A stretch of 64,000 bases of DNA, taken from contig CM075998.1 of assembly GCA_038087875.1 (NCBI GenBank), positions 6,016,001 through 6,080,000 of the forward strand. Direction: 5' to 3'. The translations under genes and the position numbers were made by a program. The notes beneath the pieces were generated by a model. That model was not told the origin of the DNA. It saw only the letters and a program-made list of their open reading frames with translations, and ran no database searches. Source of the DNA: Malacoraja senta. Lineage: Eukaryota. Positions 38,293 to 50,841 of the stretch are shown here, piece after piece; position 1 is the first letter of the stretch, and each line of letters begins with the position of its first letter.

Positions 38293-39959
38293 TATTAGAG
38301 ACATAGTGCAACCACCAGAGTATTTCAGTGAGCTTAAATCTAGACGAATTAGACGAGCAGCGAGAGAATAGAGAGAGTCTTTTAGAAGGGACCGTGATCC
38401 CCCTACTGAAGAGGAAGGTATATCTGAGGGTGAGACATTGAAGGAAATACCGATATGGCAAAAAATTCTGAAGTATCCCGTAGGCAGTTTCCAGTCAGGG
38501 AAATGCCTAACCCTGCTTTTGATCCGGTTAGTGCAGTGGGTGTAAATAATCCCAGAACAATAGAAGTATATAACTCATGGAAACCCATCGAGATGATGGC
38601 AGTGTTAACCAAGATCCCTGATAGAAATAAGTCACCTGCTTCCTTTGTAGATTACTTAAGAACCACAATGCGTGTGTATCACGCAGACTCCCAAGATCTA
38701 TGGGATGTGATACAACAGATAATTACTCCAACAGAACACACCTGATTCTTAGCAGCCTTAGGACACCCAATTCATGAAGCACTGGCTAATGTGATCGCTG
38801 ATGGTAGAGCACGGAAGGTGCAGTTTTAACTGCACTTACCAATACTCTTCAGAAGCCTATAGATATATCAAAGATTCTGGATGAGAGACTGAAAAAGGGA
38901 GAGGGAGCAGATGAATTCTTGGAACGATTTTCTGAATTATATATGGATCAATCAGGGGATCTGAATTTTAGGAACAGGGTAAATTCTCCTCAGTACTGTC
39001 CAATGTTACTGAACTGCCTTCCAACAAATGTGGCTGAATCGATTAAAACTAATAATACAGACTGGTCGGAAAATAGTTCCAGTCAGATGGCCAGAGCGGT
39101 AAGATACCACTGGAAAGTTGTTAAAAAGCAGGAAGGTCAGCTTGCAGTAAAAACAAAAACAGAGTACGTGGTTAAAAAGGGGGTAGCAAACTCTGACTCA
39201 GGACCATGGAGTCCTCAAATGTTAGCAAAGAATGGAATGGGAGAAATTAGAGGTCCATAGTATTTAGATCATTATTACAATAATGTGCCTGCCTTAGAGC
39301 CAATCTTAATGGGACCAAGTGGTAGAAGACATCAAATAAGGAGACCAGATCAGTGCTATACTTGTGGAGGGGCAGGTCACTGGAGTAGCGAGTGCCCAAC
39401 CAGAGGAAGGAACGGAAGTGGGGGTCACCAAAGAGATTTCCAAGATCAGAGGGATCAAAGAGATTTCAGAGATCAGATCAGAGAGAGCAGAGAGGGAACT
39501 GGCAGGAAAATCAGGAACAGAGAAGACCAATATCCTTCTCTCACAATAACCCCTTTTCACATCTATGATTGGCAAATTTAGTGGTGACTGGATGCAAATC
39601 TTACGAAGAATCTGTGCTGTCATTACAAATAGAAGGAAAAAACCTGTACCTTCTTGGTGGACACAGGGGCATCCATGTCATCACTCCACTCAATTTACAA
39701 TCTCCCTGAATCACAAGATGTTCAGAGCCTGTCCGGTTTTCAAGGACAAGTCTGCCAGTATCCCATCTCTGAGCCGGATGAAGTGGTGTACAGAGGAAAA
39801 GTAATAAAGCATAAGTTTGTGATAACAACTGGATTGGATTGCAATTTAATGGCCAGAGATTTGCTCTGCACATTTCAATTAAAGATCGAGTGCAGCGATG
39901 GTGGGATAGTAGTGACCCCCTGGGCTCCCAAAAGGCAGTGTTATTCGACAGTGACCCCC

Positions 39960-40250
39960 CAATGGTGGTCCTTAGATCTGGATGAAGAACCTCCACTCCA
40001 TATTACATTGGCTTACGACAGGAGTGGTAAGGATAGAGAGATGGAAGCCCTCTTTAAACCGTATGAAGGAAAGAACTGGGAAATAAGAATTTTGGCACGT
40101 TGACGGAAAGGAGGGCATTATGGAGTACGCTGAGATACCAGTGAAACTATGGAGAGGAACTGCAGGGGTTGCTCCTCACATTACAAGAAAAGTGAATTCC
40201 CCGGCGAGTGCGAAAGATCTGGGAGCAATGGTGAGAAGGGCAATGACCAT
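39960..40250 (+). other. Putative 2H phosphoesterase (CNPase-like) domain inside pol, frameshifted
   Basis: LHITLAY (H at 39999) and APHITRK...AKDLGAMV (H at 40177), lying between PR and RT. Confidence 0.7.
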
Positions 40251-42716
40251 GGCAGACCCCAATAAATTCGATGAACAAAATTTGTCTAACCAATATGTTG
40301 TTAAGTTCCATCAGGCCCCAAGGACAGTTGTTACCCACCTACGTCAGCATCTGGGGAGTGATGTATGCGAGTATGTGGACCCTCAAGTGTGGGCAGAAGA
40401 CACAGCTCAGGTAGGATGCGTGAACATCAATCCCATCCAAGTAGCTCTCCAGAAAGGGGTGACACTGCCTTCGATACAACAGTATCCATTAAAACCACAG
40501 GCCATTAACAGCATAGACAAATGAATTCGGGGACTGCTAGAACAGAATGTCTTGGTAAAATGTCAATCACACTGCAATACACCAATCCTTGCAGTTCCTA
40601 AACCAGGGAAGAAAGGCCAGTACGGATTGGTCCAAGACCTAAGATCAATCAACTTAGTCGTAGAAGCACTCATGCGTTAGTGCCAAACCCTGCTCACATC
40701 CGAGCACTGATACCAGCTGAAGCCAAAATCTTCTCGATAGTCGGCCTGCAACACGCATTCTTTTCCTTGCCTCTCCATAAGAACAGCCAATATTTGTTTG
40801 CTTTCACATATAGGGCCCAGCAATACACCTGGACCAGATTGCCTCAGGGATTCATCAATTCGCCTACTTTATTTTCCAGGTGTCTACAAGAACAAATGAG
40901 TACTTTAAATTTTAGAAGAAGATCTACTTTAGTGCAGTATGTCGATGATTTATTAGTGGCCAGCAGAGATGAACCAAGCAACCGTGAAGATACTGCACAA
41001 TCATGAAATCATTTGGCTAATCTGGGATATGTTGTCTCCCAGTCAAAAGTACTGATGGCCCAGGAGAGAGTAACATTTTTAGGAGTCATCATTTCAGCAA
41101 CAGAAAGGAGTCTAGAAAAAAGCTGACTCGAACCAATTTGTGAATTCCCGATTCCTAAAGAAGCAAAACAAATGAGGCAATTGCTTGGTATGGTCAATTA
41201 TTCTAGACCTTGGATCCCTAATATAGCCTTGGAAACGAAAGAGCTGACACCTTATATGAGCAAAGAGGGTGAATTCCAATTAACTAGGAAAGCACAAGAG
41301 GCCTCTGAAAACTTGAAAAAATCCCAGCATTGGGAAGACCATTGTACGACAGACCCTTCCAGCTCTACTGCACAATTTTATCTGAATGTGCAATGTCAGT
41401 TCTGACACAAAAGCATGGGGATAGGCATAGACCAGTTGTCTATTACTCTTCTAAATTAGACCCAGTAGCCAGTGGACACCCACTCTGCACCCAAATTCTA
41501 ACTGCCATATATAACAGTTTGACCCTACAACAGGAAATTATAGTGTATAGCTCACATTCAGTAGCAGCATTGTTGGGACAATTACAGACGCAGCACCTAA
41601 CAATGGCTCGCCAGAATAAATACAAAATGTACCTATTAAATAATCTGAAACTTCAATTTAGGCATTGTACATTAATTAACCCAGCATCTTATCTTGTCTC
41701 ACTCCCAGAAGAACAGTCAGGAACGGGACATGACTGTTTATTTATCATCGAGGAGGAGACATCTGTAAGAGAGGACTTGAGAGACGCACCCATAGAGGAC
41801 CCTGACATAACATTGTACGTAGATGGGAGTGCATCTATTGGACCGTGGGGTGAGAAATTGTCTGGGTATGTAATTGTTAATCAGAATGGGGAGATTGTAG
41901 AAGCAGCTGCCTTTGAGTCACCTTATTCAGCACAACAGGCTGAATTAATTGCTTTAATTCAGGCTTGTATTATGGGGAAAAATGTAACGGTAAATATTTA
42001 CACAGATTCTCAGTACGCATTTGGAGTAGTGCATGATTTCGGACAATTATGGGAAAATAGAGGATTTCTTACCTCAGCGGGGACTCACATATCAAACAAG
42101 CAATTGGTGACAGATTTATTGAAGGCTACCCAGACAAATTTCTGTTATAAAATGTAGTGCACACACAAGAGGACAGACCCCAATAGATATTGGAAATCAT
42201 ATTGCCGACTTGGCAGCAAAAGAAATATCCCGGGAACGTAAGATGGTAGTGCCAAGGATGATGAGACAGACTAAAAGTTTAAATAACAGGTCCCCCTCGG
42301 AGAAGCTGATGCCAACCATCCAAGAGATTGTTCATTTGCAGGAGGAGGCTACTGGAAGGGATAAAGAATGACGGAAGCAACTTGGGTGTACACTGGATTG
42401 TATGACAGGATTGTGGACCACACCAGCAGGGCAGACTTGCATGACAGATTCACTAGCAGCATGGGTTATAGAGTGCATGCACTATGCAACTCATTGCGGT
42501 GCAAGAGCAGTAGGAGACACTCTTTTGGCTACTTGGTGGCATCCAAGGTTACAACCATTAGCTCAAAAAGTGAATAGCAGTTGCCTAATCTGTCAGAAGT
42601 GCAATCCAGGAAAAGGAGTAGGATGTGAAGAGGGAAAAACACCATTGCCTATGGGTCCGTTTGAAACTTTGCAGATGCATTATATCGAATTGGAACGGTG
42701 CCAGGGTTATAGATAT

Positions 42717-43050
42717 AACCATATAACCATATAACAATTACAGCACAGAAACTGGCCATCTTGGCCCTTCTAGTCCGTGCCGAACACTTACTCTCACCTA
42801 GTCCCATCTACCTGCACTCAGACCATAACCCTCCATTCCTTTCCCGTCCATATACCTATCCAATTTATTTTTAAATGATAAAATCGAACCTGGCTCCACC
42901 ACTTCCACTGGAAGCTCATTCCACACAGCTACCACTCTCTGAGTAAAGAAGTTCCCCCTCATGTTAACCCTAAACTTTTGTCCCTTAATTCTCAAATCAT
43001 GTCCTCTTGTTTGAATCTTCCCTACTCTCAATAGAAAAAGCTTATCCAAA
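42717..43050 (-). mobile_element. CR1 3' fragment in integrase
   Basis: TRGHDL..FFTQRVV..WNELP; (aaccatat)n tail; agatat TSD. Confidence 0.9.
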
Positions 43051-43824
43051 AGATATGTACTTGTCATAGTCGATGCATTCAACCGGTGGATAGAAGCCTA
43101 TCCAACCCTTGATAATAAAGTGGCTACTGTTGTCAAAGTGTTAATGAAAGAAATTGTCCCTAGATTCGGCATCCCTATTCGACTTGGTCCACACTTTATT
43201 GGGCAGATTAATAGAAAGATTATACGAGAACTTACCCTTTGAAGTTTGATCTTTATGTTATGAGAAGGAGTGAGAGACTACGTGAAAAACCCGCCAGCCC
43301 GCTTGCGCGTCAATCTTCAAAGCAACTGTATGAAAGCACTTTCATGAATTTAAACTATAGAAAGATTAATAACACTTGTCTTACCGAATGATCTTTATGA
43401 GATTCAGGGTTGGGAGTGGAGGGCACGTAGTCTCTCACTCCAACTTCTCATAAAATAAACATTAAACTTCAAACGGTAAGTTCTTGTTTCATCTTTCAAT
43501 TTTATATCGAAGTCACGTGATGAGACTACGTGAAGCCTTCGAAGCTCTGTGAGTTCATGCAGTAAACCAATCTGTATGTGAACACACTACGCAGACAAAC
43601 CATAAATGGTTGAAAGAAAAACATACTTCATTCAAACATGATGTTAAATTACATACATGTACATACTTTTTTTTAAATTCTGATTATATGTTTTCTATAA
43701 ATCTCTGTATGGTGTCCTTGAGACCTCGGTATAAGGCGCCCGTAAATAAAATCCATTATTATTATTATTATTATTATACTCTTTAACAGAAGCAATCCCC
43801 TTACCTCAGGGATAGACAATTGTC

Positions 43825-45440
43825 TTAATCAACACAACTCAGAATTCTATTTGCAAATTGACCATGCCTGTTAATCAGCTTATTATAAAACATCTGAAAA
43901 GTGTGTTCATCTGCCCATCCTGCTGTTGCAAGAATGTGATCAAGCGGAACCTCCATTTTATTTGCTGCCGATGTAGCTGCAGCCCTGGTAGAGTGAGACT
44001 TGAAAATATCAGTATCCACTCCCGCATCTGATAGTGTACATTTTATCCACCTAGAAATGGTTTGCACCGTCACCCTCTTGTGTGGCTTTTTATAACTTAT
44101 AAAGAAAGCTTGTTCATCACCTCGAAGGTTTTTTGTAACCTCAATGTATTTCTTTACATAAGTAACCGCACACAATCTCCGATCCGGTGGATACGCCGGC
44201 AGCTCTAATTTGTACCCCAACGCACCTAACCTGCTCTGCTTAATCAATTCATTCACGTGAAACACCACTTTTTTGTCCGATACAACAGTTATCCAGGCGA
44301 AATGTATGCAAAGACTGAGCTCTTTGTGCTGAGATCAGTGCCATAAGCATCACTAATTTATGAGTGAGCTGAACCAATGACAGAGATGCAGCTGGTGCCA
44401 GATTGAGAAGCAACCTTAAAACCACCTTCACATTCCATACATTATATCTAGGCCTTGGAGGGTTCATGTTAAAGACACCTTTCATGAACTTAGACACCAA
44501 TAGGTGAGTGCCAATAGTATGATGTCCGAACCCGAGCACTAGATATGATGATAAGGCACTGCGAGCAGTGTTAATAGCACTATAACTTAAACGTTTCTCA
44601 AAATATAAAACTGCAGCAGGCAGTGAAGAAAGCGAATGGTATGTTAGCTTTCATAGCAAAAGGATTTGAGTATAGGAGCAGGGAGGTTCTACTGCAGTTG
44701 TACAGGGTCTTGGTGAGACCACACCTGGAGTATTGCGTACAGTTTTGGTCTCCAAATCTGAGGAAGGACATTATAGCCATAGAGGGAGTACAGAGAAGGT
44801 TCACCAGACTGATTCCTGGGATGTCAGGACTGTCTTATGAAGAAAGACTGGATAGACTTGGCTTATACTCGCTAGAATTTAGGAGATTGAGAGGGGATCT
44901 TATAGAAACTTACAAAATTCTTAAGGGGTTGGACAGGCTGGATGCAGGAAGATTGTTCCCGATGTTGGGGAAGTCCAGGACAAGGGGTCACAGCTTAAGG
45001 ATAAGGGGGAAATCCTTTAAAACCGAGATGAGAAGAACTTTTTTCACACAGAGAGTGGTGAATCTCTGGAACTCTCTGCCACAGAGGGTAGTCGAGGCCA
45101 GTTCATTGGCTATCTTTAAGAGGGAGTTAGATGTGGCCCTTGTGGCTAAAGGGATCAGAGGGTATGGAGAGAAGGCAGGTACGGGATACTGAGTTGGATG
45201 ATCAGCCATGATCATATTGAATGGCGTTGCAGGCTCGAAGGGCCGAATGGCCTACTCCTGCACCTAATTTCTATGTTTCTATGTTTCTATGAAAGGAACT
45301 CCAAAACATCGGCTATTTCCGCCTTAAAGTACTTTAGCCTCCTCACAAAACTGTTCCCATTGTTTGATGTATGAGGAGCACTGCCTTCTTGTGCCATCTC
45401 GCCAAGCTGCAGTGATCACGGCAACCGTCCTGTTGGTTAG
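43825..45440 (-). pseudogene. DIRS tyrosine recombinase, interrupted by a CR1
   Basis: SAQRAQSL, FKSHSTRAAATS, AGW...TF..FY catalytic motifs. Confidence 0.9.
44610..45291 (+). mobile_element. CR1 3' fragment inside the DIRS YR
   Basis: LVRPHLEYCVQFWSP, RGDLIETYKIL; (tttctatg)n tail. Confidence 0.95.
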
Positions 45441-45825
45441 TCCTATTCCCTCGAAAGGTCTCCTTAAATCCTGCAAATTAATAAATCAATGTGATCATGC
45501 AATGGATGAGGTGCCTGAGTGACAGGCTGAATTAACAATCGTTTATGTCTGTGAGCAACCATGGGAGCTTCCATCAGTAGTCATTTCAATAATGGAAACC
45601 ATGGTTGAGTAGGCCAATTAGGTGCTACTCAAATGCCTGATGCCTTGTACTGAATTATCTTCTGCAAACATCTCACAATAAGGCAGACTGGAGGGAAGGC
45701 ATAAAATGATATCCCCCCCCCCAGTCTATAGAAAACGCATCTACTGCTTCTGCCCTGGGTCTGGTTGCCAGGCTACATATCTTGGTAGTTGATTGTTAAG
45801 TCTTGAAGCAAACAGATCAATCTCA

Positions 45826-45920
45826 GGTACACAAAAATGCTGGAGAAGCTCAGCGGGTGCAGCAGCATCTATGGAGCGAAGGAAATAGACAACGTTTCGG
45901 GCCGAAACCCTTCTTCAGAC
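45826..45920 (-). mobile_element. 95-bp Penelope terminal fragment with an intact hammerhead core
   Basis: 8-bp TSD caatctca; minus strand reads CTGAAGA-A-GGGT-TTCG-GCCC-GAAACGTT. Confidence 0.85.
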
Positions 45921-45974
45921 CAATCTCACGTGTTCCATATCAAGATATTAACTTCTTGAATACTGCCTGCTTTA

Positions 45975-46588
45975 AAGGCCTGTCTCACGAGTCTGCGGTC
46001 ATTGGCGGCAAAACAGGAACAATCTACCGCTCCTGGGTCGCCAGAGACCGCGGGCTCGGTCAAACGCCCGCCGCCGGGGCCGTGCGGCGTTGTTCCCAAC
46101 ACCGCACGGTGCTAAAATAAAACCAACACTGTTCAAAAATATGTTCTTACCGCACAGCCGCCGCCAGTGAGGCACGAGTGCGGCACGGCCGCCGTCAGTG
46201 CGGCACGAGCGCCGTGCGTCGAACTTGCACCGCCACAGCCGTCGCCAGTGAGGCACGACCGCCGCCACAGCCGCCGCCACAGCCGCCGCTAGTGAGTCAC
46301 GTGTGCCGCACGGCTGCCTCCACAGCCACCGCCACAGCGCCGCGATCAGCACTGCCGCCGCCACAGCCCCGCAGATCCGAAATGACGTCATCGCAGTCGG
46401 CCCGCCCTTTGTTTTTACTTACCGCAAGCTTGTGGGACCAGCCGTACTTAAATCACTCGGCCCCCACGCGGCATCCGTGCGGCGCTCCCGTGGCATAGGC
46501 TCGGCGCTCTCGCCGTTGCCGTGCGGTCCCCTCTACCGACGACGCCGCGCTTCACCGCCGATGACCGCAACACCGTGAGACAGAGCCT
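45975..46588. mobile_element. Harbinger-type GC-rich MITE in the DIRS
   Basis: Same family as 35545-36032; TTA TSD; removal restores EWMLKQAVF. Confidence 0.85.
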
Positions 46589-46872
46589 TTAACATCCATT
46601 CTATTCGTTCATTGAATTTCCGAGACCTAGTATCTGCTACAACATTGTACCTACCTGGCAGGTGAGCAGCTGACACCCATATTCTTCTATCTAAACACCA
46701 TGACCCAATGATCTTTGCCAGTGTATCACATGATAGAGAACTACAACCACCCATATGATTTATATACGCTACTGATGTAGAATTATTCAATTGTAGCCTG
46801 ACATGCACATCATGTTCATTCCCACAATATGCTTTCAAGGCATGGAATGCTGCTAACCTTTCCAAATAGTTT

Positions 46873-47629
46873 AGTTTGAACAAAATTCCGTGCCTCGCAG
46901 TCATGACAGAGAATAAAATAACAGAACACACAATGAACACAGTTTAACATCCACCACAGTGAGTCTACCAGGCACCTCCTCACTGTGATGGAAGGCAAAA
47001 GTCTTAAAGTCCTTGTCTCTTCCCTCCTTGTTCTCCCTCTGCGTTGAGGCGATCCAGGCTTTCGATGATGTGACCCCGCCGGGTGATGGTAAATCCCGCG
47101 GCCGAATCTGAGCTCCGCCAACGAGCCAGTTCAAACTCCGCGGCCCGGGGCGGACGAAGCTGCCACCCTCCAGTCCAGCGGACGAAGCTGTTGTTGCGGG
47201 AGCATCGGAGAATCGGTCACCAACCTGGGACCTGCGAGCTCCCGATGTTGTCGTCCACTGGGCCCGCGGCCGAAGCCTCCGAAGCTCCGAAGTCGGGTCG
47301 CCGCCGCAGCGCCACCACAGCCCCGAAGTCGGCCAGCCTCGCGATGGTGAGTCCTGGTTCTGCCTCCGGAGCCCCGAGGTCGGTCCCAGTTGGAGGCCGC
47401 CAGCTCCGCGATTAGGCCTCAGCGCAGACGGAGACGGAGACGGAGATACGACAGAGAAAAGGTCGCATCCCCCCGAAGGAAGAGACCAAAACAAGTTTCC
47501 CCCGCCCCCCACACATACACAACTAAAAATAAACGAAAACATACGTCCAACAAGACAAAAGAAAAGAACAAAAAAAGAAAAAGACAGACGGACAGCAGGC
47601 AAGCCGCAGCTGCTTGGGCCACTTCCGGA
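46873..47629 (-). mobile_element. GC-rich non-autonomous retroposon, copy 2 (tail clipped), in the DIRS RNase H
   Basis: Similar to 1-749; separates RWNEEELRFGQKY from NYLERLAAF. Confidence 0.8.
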
Positions 47630-48404
47630 TACTTTTGCCCAAATCGTAACTCTTCCTCATTCCACCTACCACCACAACTAGAGTTGGTGTTAGTTGCTCC
47701 CCAACCTAGTCCACTAGCATCACTTTGTAATGTAGTTGTGGGTTTACTCGGTAGAATGCCGCCTGAACACCCATGTATGTTTTCAATCCACCACTGTAAT
47801 TCAGATTTCGACTCTGTCATCAACTTCATAGGTCTAGCAAAATGACCTTTATGGAATCTTAGCGCCGAAGCCTTACCACGATCCAGATTTCTATAATGCA
47901 TGGGCCCATATCGTGAGGCTGGAAAGGCAGCTACCATCTTGCCTATCACCCTTGCAACCTGGCGTATAGTAGGCTTCTCATTAATGAGTAGAGCTGTGCA
48001 TGCCTCTACGATATTCTGTTTTCTCTCCGTGGGCAGGATCACAGACATATCTGCCGTAATGATGACAAACCCTAGATAAGTAATAGATTTTGTCGGTTTC
48101 AACCTGGATTTTTCAGGATGAATAACAAATCCCAATTTTTCAAGGAGTACCTTGGTAGATGCAAGGTACTCCTGACGCAAGCTCTGTGAGACATAACATC
48201 TTCCCGACTATGAGCATGTCATCAATAAACCCCATGACAATATGCCCTTCAGATCTGAGTAGGGCAAGCACTGGTTTAAGAATCTTAGTAAATAGCCTAG
48301 TCTGCCTCCGACTCGAAATTCCTCAGCATGCCTCATGCGACTGATGGAGCCACATCCACCTACCTCAACGGTCATAGGTGGTTAATCACTAAAGCCAGCA
48401 GACC

Positions 48405-49670
48405 CTACATTTTGTTCTGTCTCCTCCCTCTCGCTCCGGTATCGTGACCTGCTTGGAATTGAGAGTGAGCATACGGAGTGCGCATCCTCCATGGTGGGCT
48501 TGATGGGCCTGGGCCTAAAAAAGACCTCTGGCTAGGTCTGAATTGAGTAGGCCTGGTGCTCCAACCAGCCTCAGAGTAGCGATTCCTGCCGCTTGCTATA
48601 TAGGGGCGGAATACTGGTGTTTTTACCACCCCCGCAGCCGCCTTAAATTTGTCCTGCAAGTCTTTAACTTGCTTACTTAAGTCCTCTCCGAAGAGATACT
48701 TTGCAGGCTGCACATTACTGGCCCTGCATAAGTGAGCAAATTTAGGATTTATTTTGTGCCTTATAGCATCTTTGCGAAAGCAATTTAGCTCAAAATGAGT
48801 ATTACATAAAAGTGCTAATGCATCTTGCTGCACTTCCGAGAGCTGAGATCCATCTACTGACCTTGCAAAGGCCGTAATGCCTCTAGAGACCAGTCTTAGG
48901 ACTCGCTGTAATTTTAAGTCTATTACCTTCGTTTTACCCCTGAGATTTTCCCAAATGGTGAGATTGACTTTTGGAACATCCAAAGTCTGGCAGTTTTCTG
49001 GACTGGCATATTTTCCAGCCGTATCCAGCATATTCTCCTCCTTTAGCTGATGAGGTTAAACAGTTGATGCTCCAAGCCAGTTCTTCCTTCAGTGGCTCTC
49101 ATATCCCCGAGGGGATGGCAAATTTTGTGACAAGAGCAGGTAGCTCCTTCTTATGATGCAACAGCCGTATATCATCCATTAATTCAGGGGATTCGAATTC
49201 CTTATTGATATCCCCATAGTCGGAGTCACCCATGTAATAATCTCCGACACTCCCCTCATCTGAGTGGGAGACATATTGCAACCCTGAGCCAGGTGTTGCT
49301 TCCACAGGCATCTGACTGGAGCAGCCTGTAAGTGGCTCCTGAGTACGGAGCACATTTTGTTCCATCATTTTCTCAATTAGCTCCTCTAATTTAGAGAGCT
49401 GGCAAATGACATCCTCCATAGATGTTGGGACAGTGTCTTCCTGCCCAGAGTCGTCCGTTTGGACATTTCTTGCCAATTTTGCCTTGGCCTTGCCCGAACT
49501 CGGGGTTGCCAAACTGCTCCCTCTCGGAGCTGAAGCAGAGGTTACTGTGCAGGCAGTACTGCCAGCGTCTCTGAGATAGAAACGGAAGGCCGTCGGCTTT
49601 TCCCATTGCCGCGGTCTTCTGCCTCTGACCTTTCAGCAGCCCGTTTCCCTTTTGCTTTAGGTTTCTCCAT
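48405..49670 (-). pseudogene. DIRS ORF1 (gag-like) remnant
   Basis: PENC..L.VPKVN..IW, D.KLQ, YLFGEDL motifs; lies upstream of RT. Confidence 0.7.
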
Positions 49671-50841
49671 CCTGAAACCTAATCCAATGTCGGAATTCAT
49701 TCTTTTCCCCTGTACTTACCTCCTCGGCTTTTAACCTTACCGCTGGGGAGACCGACGTTCATCCCCAACCGAATCTCGCGGCATGCGTCGACGTATTGAC
49801 GCGCATGCGGGCTGGCGGGTTCTTCACGTAGTCTCATCACGAGACCGATATAAAATAAAGAATTTTGTGAACAATTGGGCATCCAGCAGCAATTACACTG
49901 TGCTTATCGACCGGAGGCTGCTGGACTTGTAGAAAGGGCAAATCAGACCCTTAAAACTAAATTGGCTAAATTAAAGGCCGAGACTGGAATTGGTCAGATT
50001 AAATTACTTCCCATAGTTTTATTTCAGATGCGAGTCACGCCTGCAGGGAAATCTAGACTGAGCCCAGCTGAAATTATTTATGGTAGACCCCTAAGAACAC
50101 CTTGGAACCAGAATGCAATGAAAGTTATAAATTTCCATCATATGACTGCAGAGATGACCGACTCCATTCTAGCTTTGACTCGAGCATTAAAAGAATTTCA
50201 TTGTATAGTAAGAGCAGCATATAATGAAGTGCCTTTGTTGACAGCTTTGACTAAAGTGGAGCCTGGAGACTATGTCCTTGTAAAGAACTATGTCCAAGGT
50301 GTTCTAAGGAAAGGGTTAGAGGTTCGCTGGGAAGGACCTTACCAGGTACTCCTAACGACTTCAACGGCAGTGAAAGTAGAGGGCAAGAATGTATGGGTGC
50401 ATCTCCACCACTGTAAAAGTATCAGTGGGGTTGTAGGCTGTTAACTTGCTTTATTCCAGATTCTCTTAGAAACTTCATACTCTGCGATGAGTCAGCAACA
50501 GATGAACTTATCAGGATGGGTGGAGGGGATTTACGCCCATGAAAACTCGGGAGGTGAAGTCCTCAGACGGAAATCATGAAGCTATGCCCGTGTAAACTCG
50601 GGAAGCTTGATGAAATTCTGGGAAAACGCATCATCATCTTCTTGTTCGATTATCTGTTATAGTAAAGTAGTCATTATTGTGTTTTGGTTATCATTAATGA
50701 TGAGGGTTATCATAAATGATAAAATGGAGGAATGTTAATACTGGCTCAATTAAAGAGGTCACAAAATGGAGGATTTTTGTATTTGTATTCTGTGAAAGTT
50801 GCAAGACGGGAGTCACGGCTCCATGGAGTCTGGACCCTAGA

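Larger units (their letters stand above)
35139..39581 (+). pseudogene. gag: ERV gag pseudogene, interrupted at 35545-36032 and 36452-38292
   Basis: MGNQ start (Gly2), PSAP and PPEY late-domain motifs, MHR-like KKGEGADEFLERF, CYTCGGAGHWSSECP zinc knuckle, TAG at 39579. Confidence 0.85.
45460..48300 (-). pseudogene. DIRS RT - RNase H - methyltransferase-like ORF remnant; RT N-terminus deleted
   Basis: RLFTKIL, GFIDDML, ITYLGF, QSDASGLGWG, YINHMGG, HLPGRYNVVAD, DLFASRLN, FYAFPP, PNWPTQPWF. Confidence 0.9.
43213..49856 (-). mobile_element. DIRS1-like tyrosine-recombinase retrotransposon, both ends intact, internally decayed
   Basis: Inverted terminal repeats (about 43274-43313 and 49795-49835); ICR at about 43424-43533; gag-like ORF, RT/RH/MT and YR; removing it restores the ERV integrase frame. 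Confidence 0.95.
39582..50444 (+). pseudogene. pol: ERV pro-pol pseudogene: protease, putative 2H phosphoesterase, RT, RNase H, integrase
   Basis: FLVDTGA (D at 39660), QYPL, NTPI, QDLR, LPQG, YVDD (40938), YVDGSA/SAQQAEL/YTDSQYA, H..H/C..C, VERANQTLK, WEGPY; stops, frameshifts and two insertions. Confidence 0.95.

Noticed and set aside
39960..45920. Functional coupling between the ERV 2H domain and nearby hammerheads, which leave 2',3'-cyclic phosphates
   Set aside because: The hammerhead-bearing pieces are later, independent insertions found throughout the window; nothing in the sequence links them to the ERV.
45972..46592. TTAA target duplication suggesting Kolobok or piggyBac
   Set aside because: Equal-length TIR alignment and the sibling copies (TAA at 35542 and 36033, TAA after 59315) fit a 3-bp TWA duplication better.
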